From the NCBI GenBank assembly GCA_959608885.1, contig CAUHSG010000010.1:2441-66440 (forward strand): DNA of 64,000 nucleotides, in the 5' to 3' direction. How positions within the stretch are numbered: the first letter of the stretch is position 1; each line of letters opens with the position of its first letter. This document shows positions 1-9,423 of this stretch, in pieces. The stretch comes from an uncultured Coriobacteriia bacterium (GTDB taxonomy: Bacteria > Actinomycetota > Coriobacteriia > Coriobacteriales > QAMH01). The notes beneath the pieces are model-generated. The model saw only the letters and a list, made by a program, of their open reading frames with translations, was not told the DNA's origin and ran no database searches. The translations under genes and the position numbers were made by a program.

Positions 1-585
1 CTCTGCGGGGACTACGCGCTTGTCCCCGATGCTCCACGCGGATTTCTTCCCCGCAGCTCCATCAGCACACCGGAGGGCCTTGCCACCTTCGCGGAAAGTG
101 CCCATAACTTCACGGGAGCCAAGGCGGCTCGCAAGGCGGCCCGACAAATCCTGCAAGGATCGCGTTCGCCCAGGGAAACGAAGGTCTGCATGCTCGCGCA
201 TCTTCCCCGACTGCAGGGAGGAATGGGGTGCAAGGCCCCTCTGCTCGGCCAGAAAATCGAGGCGCCCGATCCCGCCGCTCGCATTCTTGGCACGCGCACC
301 TTCAAACCCGACCTCTATTGGCCCGAATACCGCATGGCCGTCGAGTACAGCAGCCATACGTGGCCATCGGCACATGAGCGCCTGAATTACGACAAGCTCG
401 TGCGCAATGCATATCGCATGCTCGGAATCACCGCTATCTCGCTTGGTAAAGACGACCTGTCCGACGATGCAGGACTGCGAAAGCGATTCGAGCTCGTCAA
501 TCGCAAATGCGGACGGCGCTTGCAGGCGCCGAACGATCGGCATTTGGCTCGGCAGCTCGAATTACTCAGCTGGATGAGCAGCTAG
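1..585 (+). CDS. DUF559/Vsr-like endonuclease-fold protein, 5' partial (runs off window start)
   Basis: Frame 1 is open from base 1 to the stop at 583-585. The C-terminal half reads PDLYWPEYRMAVEYSSHTW..NYDKLVRNAYRMLGI, which resembles DUF559 proteins. Confidence 0.5.
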   Translation, partial: LCGDYALVPDAPRGFLPRSSISTPEGLATFAESAHNFTGAKAARKAARQILQGSRSPRETKVCMLAHLPRLQGGMGCKAPLLGQKIEAPDPAARILGTRTFKPDLYWPEYRMAVEYSSHTWPSAHERLNYDKLVRNAYRMLGITAISLGKDDLSDDAGLRKRFELVNRKCGRRLQAPNDRHLARQLELLSWMSS

Positions 586-697
586 CTCTTCCGGACGGTC
601 AGCCGCACCGCATTCGCTCTTTCGAGCTTCCCGTCTGGCTGTCTGTTCGCACATGCGCTACTATCGCTTGCAGTAACAACACGCGAAAGGATGCCCC

Positions 698-1054
698 ATG
701 GCCTCAGCATACGATGTCATCGTCGATACCCCCAAGTACCACCTCCAGGGAAAGGCAAAGCTTGAGCTCTTGGGCGAGACGGCGCGTGCGCATCTCGACA
801 TCACCGATGTGGGCTCGCTTGACGGAGAGGGAACCCGCAACGGCAAGGAATTCGACGTCTCTGGCATCGCGCACATTGACGGCAAGGACATCGAGTTTAC
901 CGCCCATGGCGCGACCTGGGCAAATAGCATCGATGTCAAGGCGCAGACGAGCATCGGCGAGGTCGTCATCTACGGAACGATGACCGGTTACTCCGCAGGT
1001 GACGTCGTTGGCAACGACGCCGGCTTTGCGGGCCGCTGGGCTGACGTGCAATAA
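698..1054 (+). CDS. hypothetical small protein
   Basis: 118-codon ATG ORF with GC-rich third positions. It is followed 6 nt later by palindromic repeat 1060-1090. I recognise no family. Confidence 0.35.
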   Translation: MASAYDVIVDTPKYHLQGKAKLELLGETARAHLDITDVGSLDGEGTRNGKEFDVSGIAHIDGKDIEFTAHGATWANSIDVKAQTSIGEVVIYGTMTGYSAGDVVGNDAGFAGRWADVQ

Positions 1055-1059
1055 ACGGC

Positions 1060-1090
1060 GTGACAAAAGGCGCCGGGGACGTTTTGTCAC
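1060..1090. repeat. REP-like palindromic element type 1 (GTGACA arm variant, orientation B)
   Basis: GTGACAAAAGGCGCCGGGGACGTTTTGTCAC: inverted arms GTGACAAAA/TTTTGTCAC around a CGCCGGGG core. Confidence 0.8.
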
Positions 1091-1200
1091 GTTATAGTTC
1101 CCGTAAGTTTTCCTCGTGTGCAAAAACGCGTGTTTTTCTTGCATAGCGCATGGTCGCGGTATATCCTCAACGACAATTCCACTCCAGAGAAAGGTCGATC

Positions 1201-1752
1201 ATGTCAACTGATTTCATCGCCATTGGCGAACGCATCCGCGGCATTCGCGAGGCCTGCGACGTCACGGTCGAGGACATGGCCGCCGACCTCGATGTCGATC
1301 TGGAAACCTATATCCAATGGGAGGAGACGGGTGCCGACGTACCCATCTCGGCCATCTATCACATGGCGAACCGCTTTGGCATCGAATTCACCGAAATCCT
1401 GACAGGCAAGTCCGGGCACCTCGACACCTTCCACCTCATCAAGGCGGGCGAAGGCCGCGAGGTCGACCGCCTTCCGGGCTATCACTTCGAGGACCTTGCC
1501 TGGCGCTTCACCCGGAAGGACTTCCAGCCCCTGCTCGTCACACTTGATCCCCATGACGAGCCCGCGGAGCTCGTCGACCACCGAGGCCAGGAGTTCAATT
1601 ACATCCTCGAGGGCTCTATCGTCTTCACCTTCGGTGACCGCGAGATAGTCCTCGATGCTGGAGACTCCATCTTCTTCAACCCGGAACACAGGCACGGGCA
1701 GCGCTGCAACGGTAACGTACCGGCCAAGTTCCTCACCATCATTAGCGAATAA
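1201..1752 (+). CDS. XRE-family HTH regulator with C-terminal cupin domain
   Basis: N-terminal HTH (IGERIRGIREACDVTVEDMAADLDVDLETYIQWE) and a cupin-like C-terminus (GQEFNYILEGSIVFTFGD..AGDSIFFNPEHRH). ATG 1201 is preceded by GAGAAAGG. Confidence 0.8.
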   Translation: MSTDFIAIGERIRGIREACDVTVEDMAADLDVDLETYIQWEETGADVPISAIYHMANRFGIEFTEILTGKSGHLDTFHLIKAGEGREVDRLPGYHFEDLAWRFTRKDFQPLLVTLDPHDEPAELVDHRGQEFNYILEGSIVFTFGDREIVLDAGDSIFFNPEHRHGQRCNGNVPAKFLTIISE

Positions 1753-1781
1753 GACAAAAGTGCCCCGGCGATTTTTGTCAC
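1751..1781. repeat. REP-like palindromic element type 1 (orientation A)
   Basis: AAGACAAAAGTGCCCCGGCGATTTTTGTCAC overlaps the stop codon of the XRE-cupin gene. Confidence 0.75.
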
Positions 1782-1804
1782 GTTATTAAGGAAAGCATAG
1801 AACC

Positions 1805-3478
1805 GTGGATTACATACTCAGCAAATATTGCCCCCGCATCGAATTCGACTCGTACGAGGATTTCTACGACAACTTCAAGATCGACGTGCCCGAGAACTTC
1901 AACTTCGCCTACGACGTCGTAGACGAGTGGGCGCGTGTCGAGCCCGAGAAGAAGGCTCTCGTGTGGATCAACGACGCTGGCGAAGAGCGCGAGTTTACCT
2001 TCACGGACATTTCGCTGCTCTCCAACCGCGCCGCCAACGCCTTTTGGAAGCTCGGCATCCGCAAGGGCGACGTCGTGATGATAATGCTGCGTCGTCGCTG
2101 GGAATACTGGGTGTGCGCCATGGCGTTGTGCAAGATCGGCGCCTCGATCATCCCGGCGACCATCCAGCTCACCTCGAAGGACATCGCGTACCGCGCAAAC
2201 TCCGCAGCCGTCAAGATGCTCATCTGCGTCGATGACGACTACGTGGTCGAGCAGGTGGAGGGCGCCCTTCCCAACTCGCCCAGCATCAAGGAGAAGGTGC
2301 TCGTCGCGGGCAAACGCGACGGCTGGCTGTCTTTCGACGAGCTCATCGAGGACGAGAGCGACCAGTGGGAGCGCCCCACGGGCGATGATGCCACGCAAAT
2401 CGACGACATCATGCTCATCTACTTCACGAGCGGCACCACGGGTAACGCCAAGGCCGTGGAGCACAGCTTCAAGCACCCGCTCGGACACATCCTCACCGCC
2501 AAGTACTGGCAGCAGGTGCGCGAGAACCGCCTGCACATGAGCGTCACCGACAGCGGCTGGGCCAAGTTCGGTTGGGGCAAGATCTACGGTCAGTGGATTG
2601 CCGGCGCCGCGATCTTCGCCTACGACATGGACAAGTTCGTACCCGCTAAGCTGCTGCAGGTTATGCAAGACTACGACCTCGCGACCTTCTGCGCGCCGCC
2701 GACCATGTACCGCTTCATGCTGCAAGAGGACGTCGCTGCCTACGACCTCTCGTCCATCGAGAACTTCGCGACTGCGGGCGAGCCGCTCAACGGCGAGGTG
2801 ACCATCCAGTGGGAGAAACTCACCGGCAAGAAGATTCGCGAGGGCTTTGGCCAGACCGAAGGCCCCGTGCTGCTGGCGACCTATCCGTGGATCGAGCCGC
2901 GTCCCGGTTCCATGGGAAAGCCAAGCCCGCTGCTCAACATCAAGCTGCTCGATGACGACGGCTACGAGGTAGACGACGGTAGCGAGGGTGCTATCTGCGT
3001 TACCAGCCTCAAGGAGGCCTATCCGCCGGGTCTGTTCGTCGGCTACTACAACGACCCCGAACGCACGGCCGAAGCCGTAGGTGGCGAGTATTACAACCTG
3101 CACGACATGGCCTGGCGCGACACGGAAGGGTACTGCTACTTCGTCGGCCGTAACGACGACGTCATCAAGTGCTCGGGCTACCGCATCGGGCCCTTCGAGG
3201 TGGAAAGTGCGCTTGTGGCGCATCCGGCCGTCGTCGAGTGCGCGGTGACCGCCGCTCCCGACCCCGTGCGTGGCAAGGTCGTGAAGGCCTCCATCATCCT
3301 GGCCAAGGGCTACGAGCCGAGCGACGAACTCACGAAGGAGCTGCAGGACCACGTCAAGCACACGACGGCGCCGTACAAGTACCCGCGCATCGTGGAGTAC
3401 GTCGATGATCTACCCAAGACCATCGGCGGCAAGATCAAGCGCAAGATGATCCGTAACGCTGACGGGGTCAACGACTAG
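1805..3478 (+). CDS. AMP-forming acyl-CoA synthetase (medium-chain/ACSM-like)
   Basis: AMP-binding motifs LIYFTSGTTGNAKAV, GYRIGPFEVESAL and PKTIGGKIKRK. GTG start; 557 aa. Confidence 0.9.
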   Translation: MDYILSKYCPRIEFDSYEDFYDNFKIDVPENFNFAYDVVDEWARVEPEKKALVWINDAGEEREFTFTDISLLSNRAANAFWKLGIRKGDVVMIMLRRRWEYWVCAMALCKIGASIIPATIQLTSKDIAYRANSAAVKMLICVDDDYVVEQVEGALPNSPSIKEKVLVAGKRDGWLSFDELIEDESDQWERPTGDDATQIDDIMLIYFTSGTTGNAKAVEHSFKHPLGHILTAKYWQQVRENRLHMSVTDSGWAKFGWGKIYGQWIAGAAIFAYDMDKFVPAKLLQVMQDYDLATFCAPPTMYRFMLQEDVAAYDLSSIENFATAGEPLNGEVTIQWEKLTGKKIREGFGQTEGPVLLATYPWIEPRPGSMGKPSPLLNIKLLDDDGYEVDDGSEGAICVTSLKEAYPPGLFVGYYNDPERTAEAVGGEYYNLHDMAWRDTEGYCYFVGRNDDVIKCSGYRIGPFEVESALVAHPAVVECAVTAAPDPVRGKVVKASIILAKGYEPSDELTKELQDHVKHTTAPYKYPRIVEYVDDLPKTIGGKIKRKMIRNADGVND

Positions 3479-3504
3479 CACCTAGCATCCGTGCAAAATC
3501 GCAG

Positions 3505-3978
3505 CTAGTCAGTTGCTAGCGCGACCTTGCCGGTACGAATCATTTCCCTGATGCCGTAGGGGCCAAGTAACGCCTCAAACGCCTCGATCCTCTCGGCGGT
3601 GTCCGTGAGCTCGATGATGAGCGAATCGGTTGCCCCGCCGTCGACGCGTGCGCCGAAGAGTCCCGCAAGCTCGATGATCTCGCCGCGCTTCTCGGGCTCG
3701 GCACTCACCTTGAAGAGCACGAGCTCGCGCTCGATGTGGTCCTTATCGGTGAGATCGGTCACCTTGTACACGTTGATGAGCTTGTGAAGCTGCTTGGTCA
3801 CCTGCTCGACGATGCGCTCGTCGGCATCGACCACCATCGTCACACGGCTGCGCACGTCCTCCTCGGTGATGCTGACGGCGAGGGACTCGATGTTGAAGCC
3901 GCGGCGCGCGATGAGGCCGGCGATGCGGGCGAGCACGCCCGGTTTGTTGTCCACCCATACGGAAAGAATGCGCGACAT
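3505..3978 (-). CDS. ilvN: acetolactate synthase small (regulatory) subunit
   Basis: ACT-domain start MSRILSVWVDNKPGVLARIAGLIARRGFNIESLAV. ATG at 3978 lies directly after the ilvB stop (3981-3983). Confidence 0.9.
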   Translation of the reverse strand: MSRILSVWVDNKPGVLARIAGLIARRGFNIESLAVSITEEDVRSRVTMVVDADERIVEQVTKQLHKLINVYKVTDLTDKDHIERELVLFKVSAEPEKRGEIIELAGLFGARVDGGATDSLIIELTDTAERIEAFEALLGPYGIREMIRTGKVALATD

Positions 3979-3980
3979 GG

Positions 3981-5699
3981 CTACTCCTCGTCTCGCAGGT
4001 CTGACACGCCCTTGGCCGAGCCATCGCATGCGTCCTTGGGGTATACGTCCTCGTCACTCGCAATGGGAATCCACAGCAGCGCCGGCCCCTCGCTTGCAAG
4101 CCACTGCCGCATTGCTGCCTCAAGCTCCGACGGGCTCTCGACCTTGCTTGCGCTCCACCCGTAGGCACGGGCGAGCGCGACGAAATCGGGATTCCCGGTG
4201 AATAGGGTCTGGCTGTATCGCCTGTCATGGAACTGCTCTTGCATCTGGCGCACCATTCCCAAACAGTTGTTGTCGAGAAGCAGCACCTTGACCGGTAGCC
4301 CGTTCTCGTGAATCGTCGCCATCTCCTGAATGTTCATCTGAATCGAACCGTCGCCCGTGATGCAGATGACGCGGCTGTCGGGCATGCCGAGCTGAGCGCC
4401 CATTGCCGCCGGTAACCCGAATCCCATCGTCCCCGCACCACCGCTCGACACGAAGGTGCGTGGCCTTGTGGTGTGAAAGAGCTGGCTTGCCCACATCTGG
4501 TGCTGGCCCACGTCGGTGGTGAGGATGGTGTCGTGGTCCTTTGTGAGCTCATCCAGGAGCATCATCACCTGCTCGGGGCGAATCGTGCCCTCCCCACGCA
4601 TGTTGCGGTGGGGCCTTTCCTGCTTCCACTGTGCGATATCCTCGAGCCATGCGGAGGTCTGCGGACGTGCATCGTTCTTGTGCAGTTCCTCGACGAGAGC
4701 GGCGAGCACCGTCTTCACGTCACCCACGATGGGAATGTCGGCATGGTGGTTCTTGCCGATCTCGGCGGGGTCGATGTCGATATGTATCACGCGCGCGTGC
4801 GGTGCGAATCCCTGCGCGTCACCCGTCGAGCGGTTCGCGAAGCGCGTGCCCACGGCAAGCACGAGGTCGCTCTCATGCATCGCCTCGTTTGCCGCCGGAA
4901 GACCGTACATTCCCAGCATTCCCAGGTTGAGTGGGCTGTCCTCGGGGAAACCCCCCTTGCCGGTGAGCGTCGTCGCAACGGAAATCTGCATCGACTCGGC
5001 AAGTTGCGTGAGCTCGGCCGTCGCACCCGAGGCGATGACACCGCCTCCCGCGTAGATGACGGGACGCTTCGCCTTCTCGATTGCGCGCGCCGCCTGCTTC
5101 ACCTGCTTGCTATTGCCCTTGTACGTGGGCTTGTACGACTGGAGCTTGACCTCGGCGGGATAGTCGTACGCAACGTCGAGCTCGCGCGCGAGGTTGCTCG
5201 GAATGTCGATGACCACGGGGCCCGGACGTCCGGTCGAGGCGATGTGATATGCCTGGGCGATGGTCGCGGGGATGTCGGCCGCATTCTTGACGAGATAGCT
5301 GTGCTTCACGATGGGAAGCGTGATACCCGTCATGTCCGACTCCTGAAACGCATCACTACCCAGCGCGTCGGTGGGAACCTGACCGGTGATGATGATGAGT
5401 GGGATGGAGTCCATGTACGCCGTGGCGATGCCCGTAACCGTGTTGGTGGCACCGGGGCCGCTCGTGACGATGACGGTGCCGACCTTGCCGGTTGCACGCG
5501 CGTAGCCATCAGCGGCATGCACCGCGCCTTGCTCGTGACGCACGAGGACGTGGTTGAGTTGCGAGCTATCGTAGAGCGCATCGTAGATGTCGAGGGCATG
5601 GCCACCGGGATAGCCGAAGACGGTTTCGACGCCGGCATCCTCGAGCGCCTGTATGAGGCATTGTGCGCCGTTCATCTTCGTTTCGTTGTGTTTGCTCAT
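3981..5699 (-). CDS. ilvB: acetolactate synthase large subunit (ThDP enzyme)
   Basis: GAQCLIQALEDAGVETVFGYPGG at the N-terminus and the ThDP motif GGAGTMGFGLPAAMGA..ITGDGSIQMNIQE. I chose start ATG 5699 (MSKHNETKMNGAQ); the longer ORF reads through REP 5729-5763. Confidence 0.9.
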   Translation of the reverse strand: MSKHNETKMNGAQCLIQALEDAGVETVFGYPGGHALDIYDALYDSSQLNHVLVRHEQGAVHAADGYARATGKVGTVIVTSGPGATNTVTGIATAYMDSIPLIIITGQVPTDALGSDAFQESDMTGITLPIVKHSYLVKNAADIPATIAQAYHIASTGRPGPVVIDIPSNLARELDVAYDYPAEVKLQSYKPTYKGNSKQVKQAARAIEKAKRPVIYAGGGVIASGATAELTQLAESMQISVATTLTGKGGFPEDSPLNLGMLGMYGLPAANEAMHESDLVLAVGTRFANRSTGDAQGFAPHARVIHIDIDPAEIGKNHHADIPIVGDVKTVLAALVEELHKNDARPQTSAWLEDIAQWKQERPHRNMRGEGTIRPEQVMMLLDELTKDHDTILTTDVGQHQMWASQLFHTTRPRTFVSSGGAGTMGFGLPAAMGAQLGMPDSRVICITGDGSIQMNIQEMATIHENGLPVKVLLLDNNCLGMVRQMQEQFHDRRYSQTLFTGNPDFVALARAYGWSASKVESPSELEAAMRQWLASEGPALLWIPIASDEDVYPKDACDGSAKGVSDLRDEE

Positions 5700-5728
5700 C
5701 GTGGTTTCGTCGTTTCCCTCGTCATTAA

Positions 5729-5763
5729 ACCAGACAAAAGTTGCCGGGGCGCTTTTGTCTGGT
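5729..5763. repeat. REP-like palindromic element type 1 (orientation B)
   Basis: ACCAGACAAAAGTTGCCGGGGCGCTTTTGTCTGGT lies between the TauE-like gene and ilvB. Confidence 0.85.
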
Positions 5764-5786
5764 TTTGATTCATGCATTATACGCAT

Positions 5787-6626
5787 TTACAGCAAGGCAA
5801 ACTCGTTTACCACGAGCATAACGGCAGCGATGGCAAGCAGGCCGGCGAAGATGAAGCGCAAAGTGCGCTCGGGGACACGTGGCACAAGCCAGGCACCGAG
5901 CACGGCGCCGGGAATGGCCCCCACACACAGCATGATGCCCGCAAGGTAATCGATATGACCGAGGAAAGCCTGCTGGATGACACCGGGGATGGCGAGGATG
6001 ATGATGGCGATGAGCGAAGTGCCCGAGGTGCGCTTCATGGGAATGCCGAGCCATGCCGTCATGAGCGGCACCATGATGAAACCACCGCCCACGCCCACGT
6101 AGCCCGAGGCGAAGCCGGCTATCAGGCCGATGATCACCGCAAGCACGACGTTTCTACGCGTGAAGCCGAAGGCGCAGGGCTCGGCGTCCGAAGAGGCAAC
6201 CGGGGCGTTTGCCCGCACGTTGCCGGATTCCGAAGAAGCGGGCTTCTTCCCCATTCGCAACGCTTTGCTCAGCATGGTAAATGCCGAGTAGGCGATGACG
6301 ATGGCAGCCACCACCATGATGAGCCACGTCGGAGAAACCGAACCCAGGTACACGCCCGCCGATGAGGTTGTGGCTCCGGCGACACCGAGGAGAATGCCTA
6401 GCTTGGGAAGGCAGCTACGTGCGCGAATATGCGCGATGGCTCCGGTAAGCGAGATGGGAATAATGGCGAAGAGCGAGGTCGCCGTGGACATGAAGGCGTT
6501 AAGGCCATATCCCAAGCGCAGGACGGGAATCATGATGGTTCCGCCGCCGATGCCGAGCATTCCGGAAAACACGCCGATACCGACGCCAACGAGCACGAGC
6601 CCTACAGATGTGATGATGATTTCCAT
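5787..6626 (-). CDS. TauE/SafE (DUF81) family anion exporter permease
   Basis: Polytopic membrane protein with duplicated motifs GMLGIGGGTIMIPVL and VGVGGGFIMVPLM. Confidence 0.8.
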   Translation of the reverse strand: MEIIITSVGLVLVGVGIGVFSGMLGIGGGTIMIPVLRLGYGLNAFMSTATSLFAIIPISLTGAIAHIRARSCLPKLGILLGVAGATTSSAGVYLGSVSPTWLIMVVAAIVIAYSAFTMLSKALRMGKKPASSESGNVRANAPVASSDAEPCAFGFTRRNVVLAVIIGLIAGFASGYVGVGGGFIMVPLMTAWLGIPMKRTSGTSLIAIIILAIPGVIQQAFLGHIDYLAGIMLCVGAIPGAVLGAWLVPRVPERTLRFIFAGLLAIAAVMLVVNEFALL

Positions 6627-6676
6627 GGACTACATGATAGGGGGAATATCTGCGGGGCAAGATGTCCCATCCGCTG

Positions 6677-7738
6677 CTAGATCATCGCCATTTGGGCGGC
6701 ACAGCTGTTGTACCAGTGATCCGCGTTGGAGGGGCAATAGGTAGCAGCAGCCTCGCGAGTCAGGTAGCCGCCGTATAGCGAGCCTCCGAGCGCACCAACG
6801 ACCCTGTTGATGCCTTCTTCCCACGAGCCGAAACTGTAACCTCCGTAGCCCCATGCGTTATAGGAGCGATAGCAGACAGCGCCCTTGCTGCTTTCGACGT
6901 ACGAGATTGCCGGAGCCCAACGCGGGTCGACGCCGTTGTCCCAGGCGGCCGCCGCATAAGCGACGCCCGTTCCGGACATGGGAGACCCCGAGAGATACGC
7001 GTTGATACGCGGTGCCCATTCGTTCACGAACTGCGACTTATCGGACGACCACCCGACGTTGGATGCATTTGCAGATGAGGCCGAGTTGTTTGCCTCGCTC
7101 GCAGCCTGCTTCTCCTCGGCGCTCGCCAAGGAGGAGTTGAGAATGTACTGGTTTGCCTGTTGCTCGGCAGCCTGAGCTGCGGCGGCGCGTGCCGCCATGC
7201 GCTCGCGGGCCTCACGAGCCTGCTGCAGGGAACTCAGCGCATCCTGTGCGGCCTTATCCACATCCGCCTTATTGGTCTCGAGCTGCTGTTTCGCACTCTT
7301 GAGCTCGTTCTCCATCTTGATGGCGCTTTGAATCTCGGCCGTGTTGTATTCGATGATCCAGTTGTAGGAGTCGACAATCGCGAGCATGTCGGTGACGCTC
7401 GTGGATTCGAGCAGCATCATGAGAACGCTCGATGAGTCGTACTCGTACTTGTAGAGCGCACGGATGCTCTCGTCGGAGCGCTCGCGCTGTGCCGGAAGCT
7501 TGGCCTCAAGCTCGGCGATGCGAGCATCGAGCTCGGCTATCTCGGCCGCAAGCTCCTCCTGTCGTGTAACGGCATCGTTATAGGCGTCAGCGCTTGATTT
7601 GACCTGAGCTTCGAGCTGATCTGCTTCCTCGTCGGCAAGAGATATCTGCACGAATCCGCCACCCGCGAGGAAAACCGTCAGCGCGAAGAAGAGCGCTAGC
7701 GTCGTGATGATGCCTCGGTTGAGTGCATGTTGTAGCAA
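6677..7738 (-). CDS. secreted coiled-coil protein with C-terminal putative peptidoglycan hydrolase (glucosaminidase/GH73-like) domain
   Basis: N-terminal TM/signal segment and a long heptad-like region (AELDARIAELEAKL). The C-terminus AISYVESSKGAVCYRSYNAWGYGG resembles the E-S..G..N.(F/W)G glucosaminidase pattern. The overall architecture is PcsB-like. Confidence 0.6.
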   Translation of the reverse strand: MLQHALNRGIITTLALFFALTVFLAGGGFVQISLADEEADQLEAQVKSSADAYNDAVTRQEELAAEIAELDARIAELEAKLPAQRERSDESIRALYKYEYDSSSVLMMLLESTSVTDMLAIVDSYNWIIEYNTAEIQSAIKMENELKSAKQQLETNKADVDKAAQDALSSLQQAREARERMAARAAAAQAAEQQANQYILNSSLASAEEKQAASEANNSASSANASNVGWSSDKSQFVNEWAPRINAYLSGSPMSGTGVAYAAAAWDNGVDPRWAPAISYVESSKGAVCYRSYNAWGYGGYSFGSWEEGINRVVGALGGSLYGGYLTREAAATYCPSNADHWYNSCAAQMAMI

Positions 7739-7940
7739 AAGCTAACCTCGTTTACGCTTCGTTTCGCGTGCATGTGGGGAAATACTTTAGCGTAAGGCCG
7801 CAACATGCTCAAAATCCATCACATTCCCTACATATCCCCTTCACAACTGCTGTTAAGGTGTTCACGAACATTCCCGTCCCATCAAATGGAGATGTGGCGC
7901 CGCGAAAATGAAGTCGCCAGGACATGACAAACGTTGCAGT

Positions 7941-8059
7941 GATGGGAAGTTTCGCGGACTATGGCAGATTGCAACGACCATAAGCCGCAAAACGTAGCGA
8001 TGGCGGGAAGTCTTGCGAGCTATGGCAGATTACAGCAGCCAGAAGCCGCAAAACGCAGC
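7941..8059. repeat. imperfect about 60-bp tandem duplication in the intergenic region
   Basis: GATGGGAAGTTTCGCGGACTATGGCAGATTGCAACGACCATAAGCCGCAAAACGTAGC is followed by GATGGCGGGAAGTCTTGCGAGCTATGGCAGATTACAGCAGCCAGAAGCCGCAAAACGCAGC. Confidence 0.7.
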
Positions 8060-8090
8060 AAGGGCATAGACCGTTGCTCGCACTGTCCAA

Positions 8091-8122
8091 ACAAAAAGGG
8101 CATCCGCCTATCGCGAATGCCC
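8091..8122 (-). terminator. intrinsic terminator downstream of serC
   Basis: The minus strand reads GGGCATTCGCGATAGGCGGATGCCC followed by TTTTTTG. Confidence 0.7.
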
Positions 8123-8144
8123 CAATGCGTGATACCTGGCCCGA

Positions 8145-8181
8145 AACCAGACAAAAGTGCCCCGGCAGCAATTGTCTGGTT
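8145..8181. repeat. REP-like palindromic element type 1 (orientation A)
   Basis: AACCAGACAAAAGTGCCCCGGCAGCAATTGTCTGGTT overlaps the serC stop codon. Confidence 0.85.
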
Positions 8182-9259
8182 ACTTGTTGTTGGCCTCGAA
8201 CTCGCCCATGAAGTCGACGAGTGCCCGCACACCCTCGATGGGCATGGCGTTGTAGATGCTCGCACGCATGCCACCCACGCTGCGATGGCCCTTGATGTTA
8301 GCCAGACCAGCGGCAGTCGCCTCGGCGATGAACTTCTTGTCGAGGTCTTCGTCGCCCGTAATGAACGGAACATTCATGATGGAGCGATCCTTGGGGTTGA
8401 CCGTGCTCGAGAACATGTCGCTCGCGTCAAGGAAGTCGTACAGGAGCTTGGCCTTGGCCTCGTTGCGCTCCTTCATGACCTCAAGACCGCCCAGCTCCTT
8501 GATCCACTTGAACACGAGACCGCACACGTAGATGCCGTAGCTCGGCGGCGTGTTGTAGAGGCTACCGCTATCGGCATGCGTCTTGAAGCGCAGCATGGTG
8601 GGCACGCCGGGAAGGTCGTCGGGAATAAGATCCTCGCGCACGATGACGATCTGGACGCCGGCCGGGCCGCAGTTCTTCTGCACGCCAGCGTGGATGAGAC
8701 CGTACTTGCTCACGTCAACCGGCTCGGAGAGGAACATGGAGCTCTGGTCGGACACGAGCACGTGACCCTTGGTGTTGGGCAGCGTGTAGATGCGGTTGCC
8801 GTAGACGGTCTCGTTCTCGCAGATGTAGACGAAGGACGCATCATCGCGAATGTCGAGGTCGGAGAGGTCGGGAATCCACGAGAAGTTGTCGCCCTCGCCG
8901 TTGACCAGCAACTTGGGATCACCGAGAATCTGGGCCTCCTTGTACGCCTTCTTGGACCAACCGCCGGTGACGATGTAATCGGCCTTGCCATTGGTGGCGA
9001 GGTTCATGAACACCGACGCGAAGAGCAGCGAGTCGCCACCCTGCAGGAAGAGCACCCTGTAGTTGTCCGGGATGGACAGCAGCTCGCGCAAATCCTGCTC
9101 GGCCTCGGTGATGATCTTCGTGAACGCAGCCGAACGATGGCTCATCTCCATGACGGACATGCCGGTGCCCTCGTAGTCGAGCATCTCGCCCGCCGTCTGC
9201 TTAAGGACCTCCTCGGGAAGAACCGCCGGACCGGCGGAGAAGTTGTACACGCGTGTCAT
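8180..9259 (-). CDS. serC: phosphoserine aminotransferase
   Basis: MTRVYNFSAGPAVLPEEVLKQ..MSVMEMSHRS is the typical SerC N-terminus; 359 aa. Confidence 0.95.
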   Translation of the reverse strand: MTRVYNFSAGPAVLPEEVLKQTAGEMLDYEGTGMSVMEMSHRSAAFTKIITEAEQDLRELLSIPDNYRVLFLQGGDSLLFASVFMNLATNGKADYIVTGGWSKKAYKEAQILGDPKLLVNGEGDNFSWIPDLSDLDIRDDASFVYICENETVYGNRIYTLPNTKGHVLVSDQSSMFLSEPVDVSKYGLIHAGVQKNCGPAGVQIVIVREDLIPDDLPGVPTMLRFKTHADSGSLYNTPPSYGIYVCGLVFKWIKELGGLEVMKERNEAKAKLLYDFLDASDMFSSTVNPKDRSIMNVPFITGDEDLDKKFIAEATAAGLANIKGHRSVGGMRASIYNAMPIEGVRALVDFMGEFEANNK

Positions 9260-9365
9260 GGTCTAATGTTCCTTTCGTCCTGCTACGACTGACAATCTGC
9301 ACATACTAGCACTTCAGCACATCCGGAAACGTGCAAAACACACGGAGTGGACAATGCGACATGAA

Positions 9366-9394
9366 AGAGGGGCCAGGCAGTGCCCGGCCCCTCT
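9366..9394 (-). terminator. hairpin downstream of hpf
   Basis: AGAGGGGCC..GGCCCCTCT is a 9-bp GC-rich stem. The U-tract is weak. Confidence 0.45.
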
Positions 9395-9423
9395 TGTTGG
9401 AAAGCGATGGCGTATCGCGATTA

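Noticed and set aside
1778-3361. 527-aa ORF antisense to the acyl-CoA synthetase gene. Similar long antisense ORFs occur at 4473-5768, 7961-9292, 12101-13312, 16788-17831, 21099-22970, 26382-27593, 35725-37782, 41765-43588, 53127-56444 and 60066-62555.
   Set aside because: These are typical high-GC shadow ORFs. They lie opposite genes with clear family motifs. Their translations are Arg/Gly/His/Asp-rich low-complexity strings with no recognisable motifs.
5700-5786. N-terminal extension of ilvB (track ORF starts at 5786). The holB extension (19651-19683), the RAYT ORF extension (24030-24218) and the NhaC-family extension (37702-38040) are analogous.
   Set aside because: The extensions are translations of REP elements or promoter regions (for example ESKPDKSAPATFVWF). 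They are not homologous to the respective families. Internal Mets with family-typical N-termini and RBS-like sequences exist.
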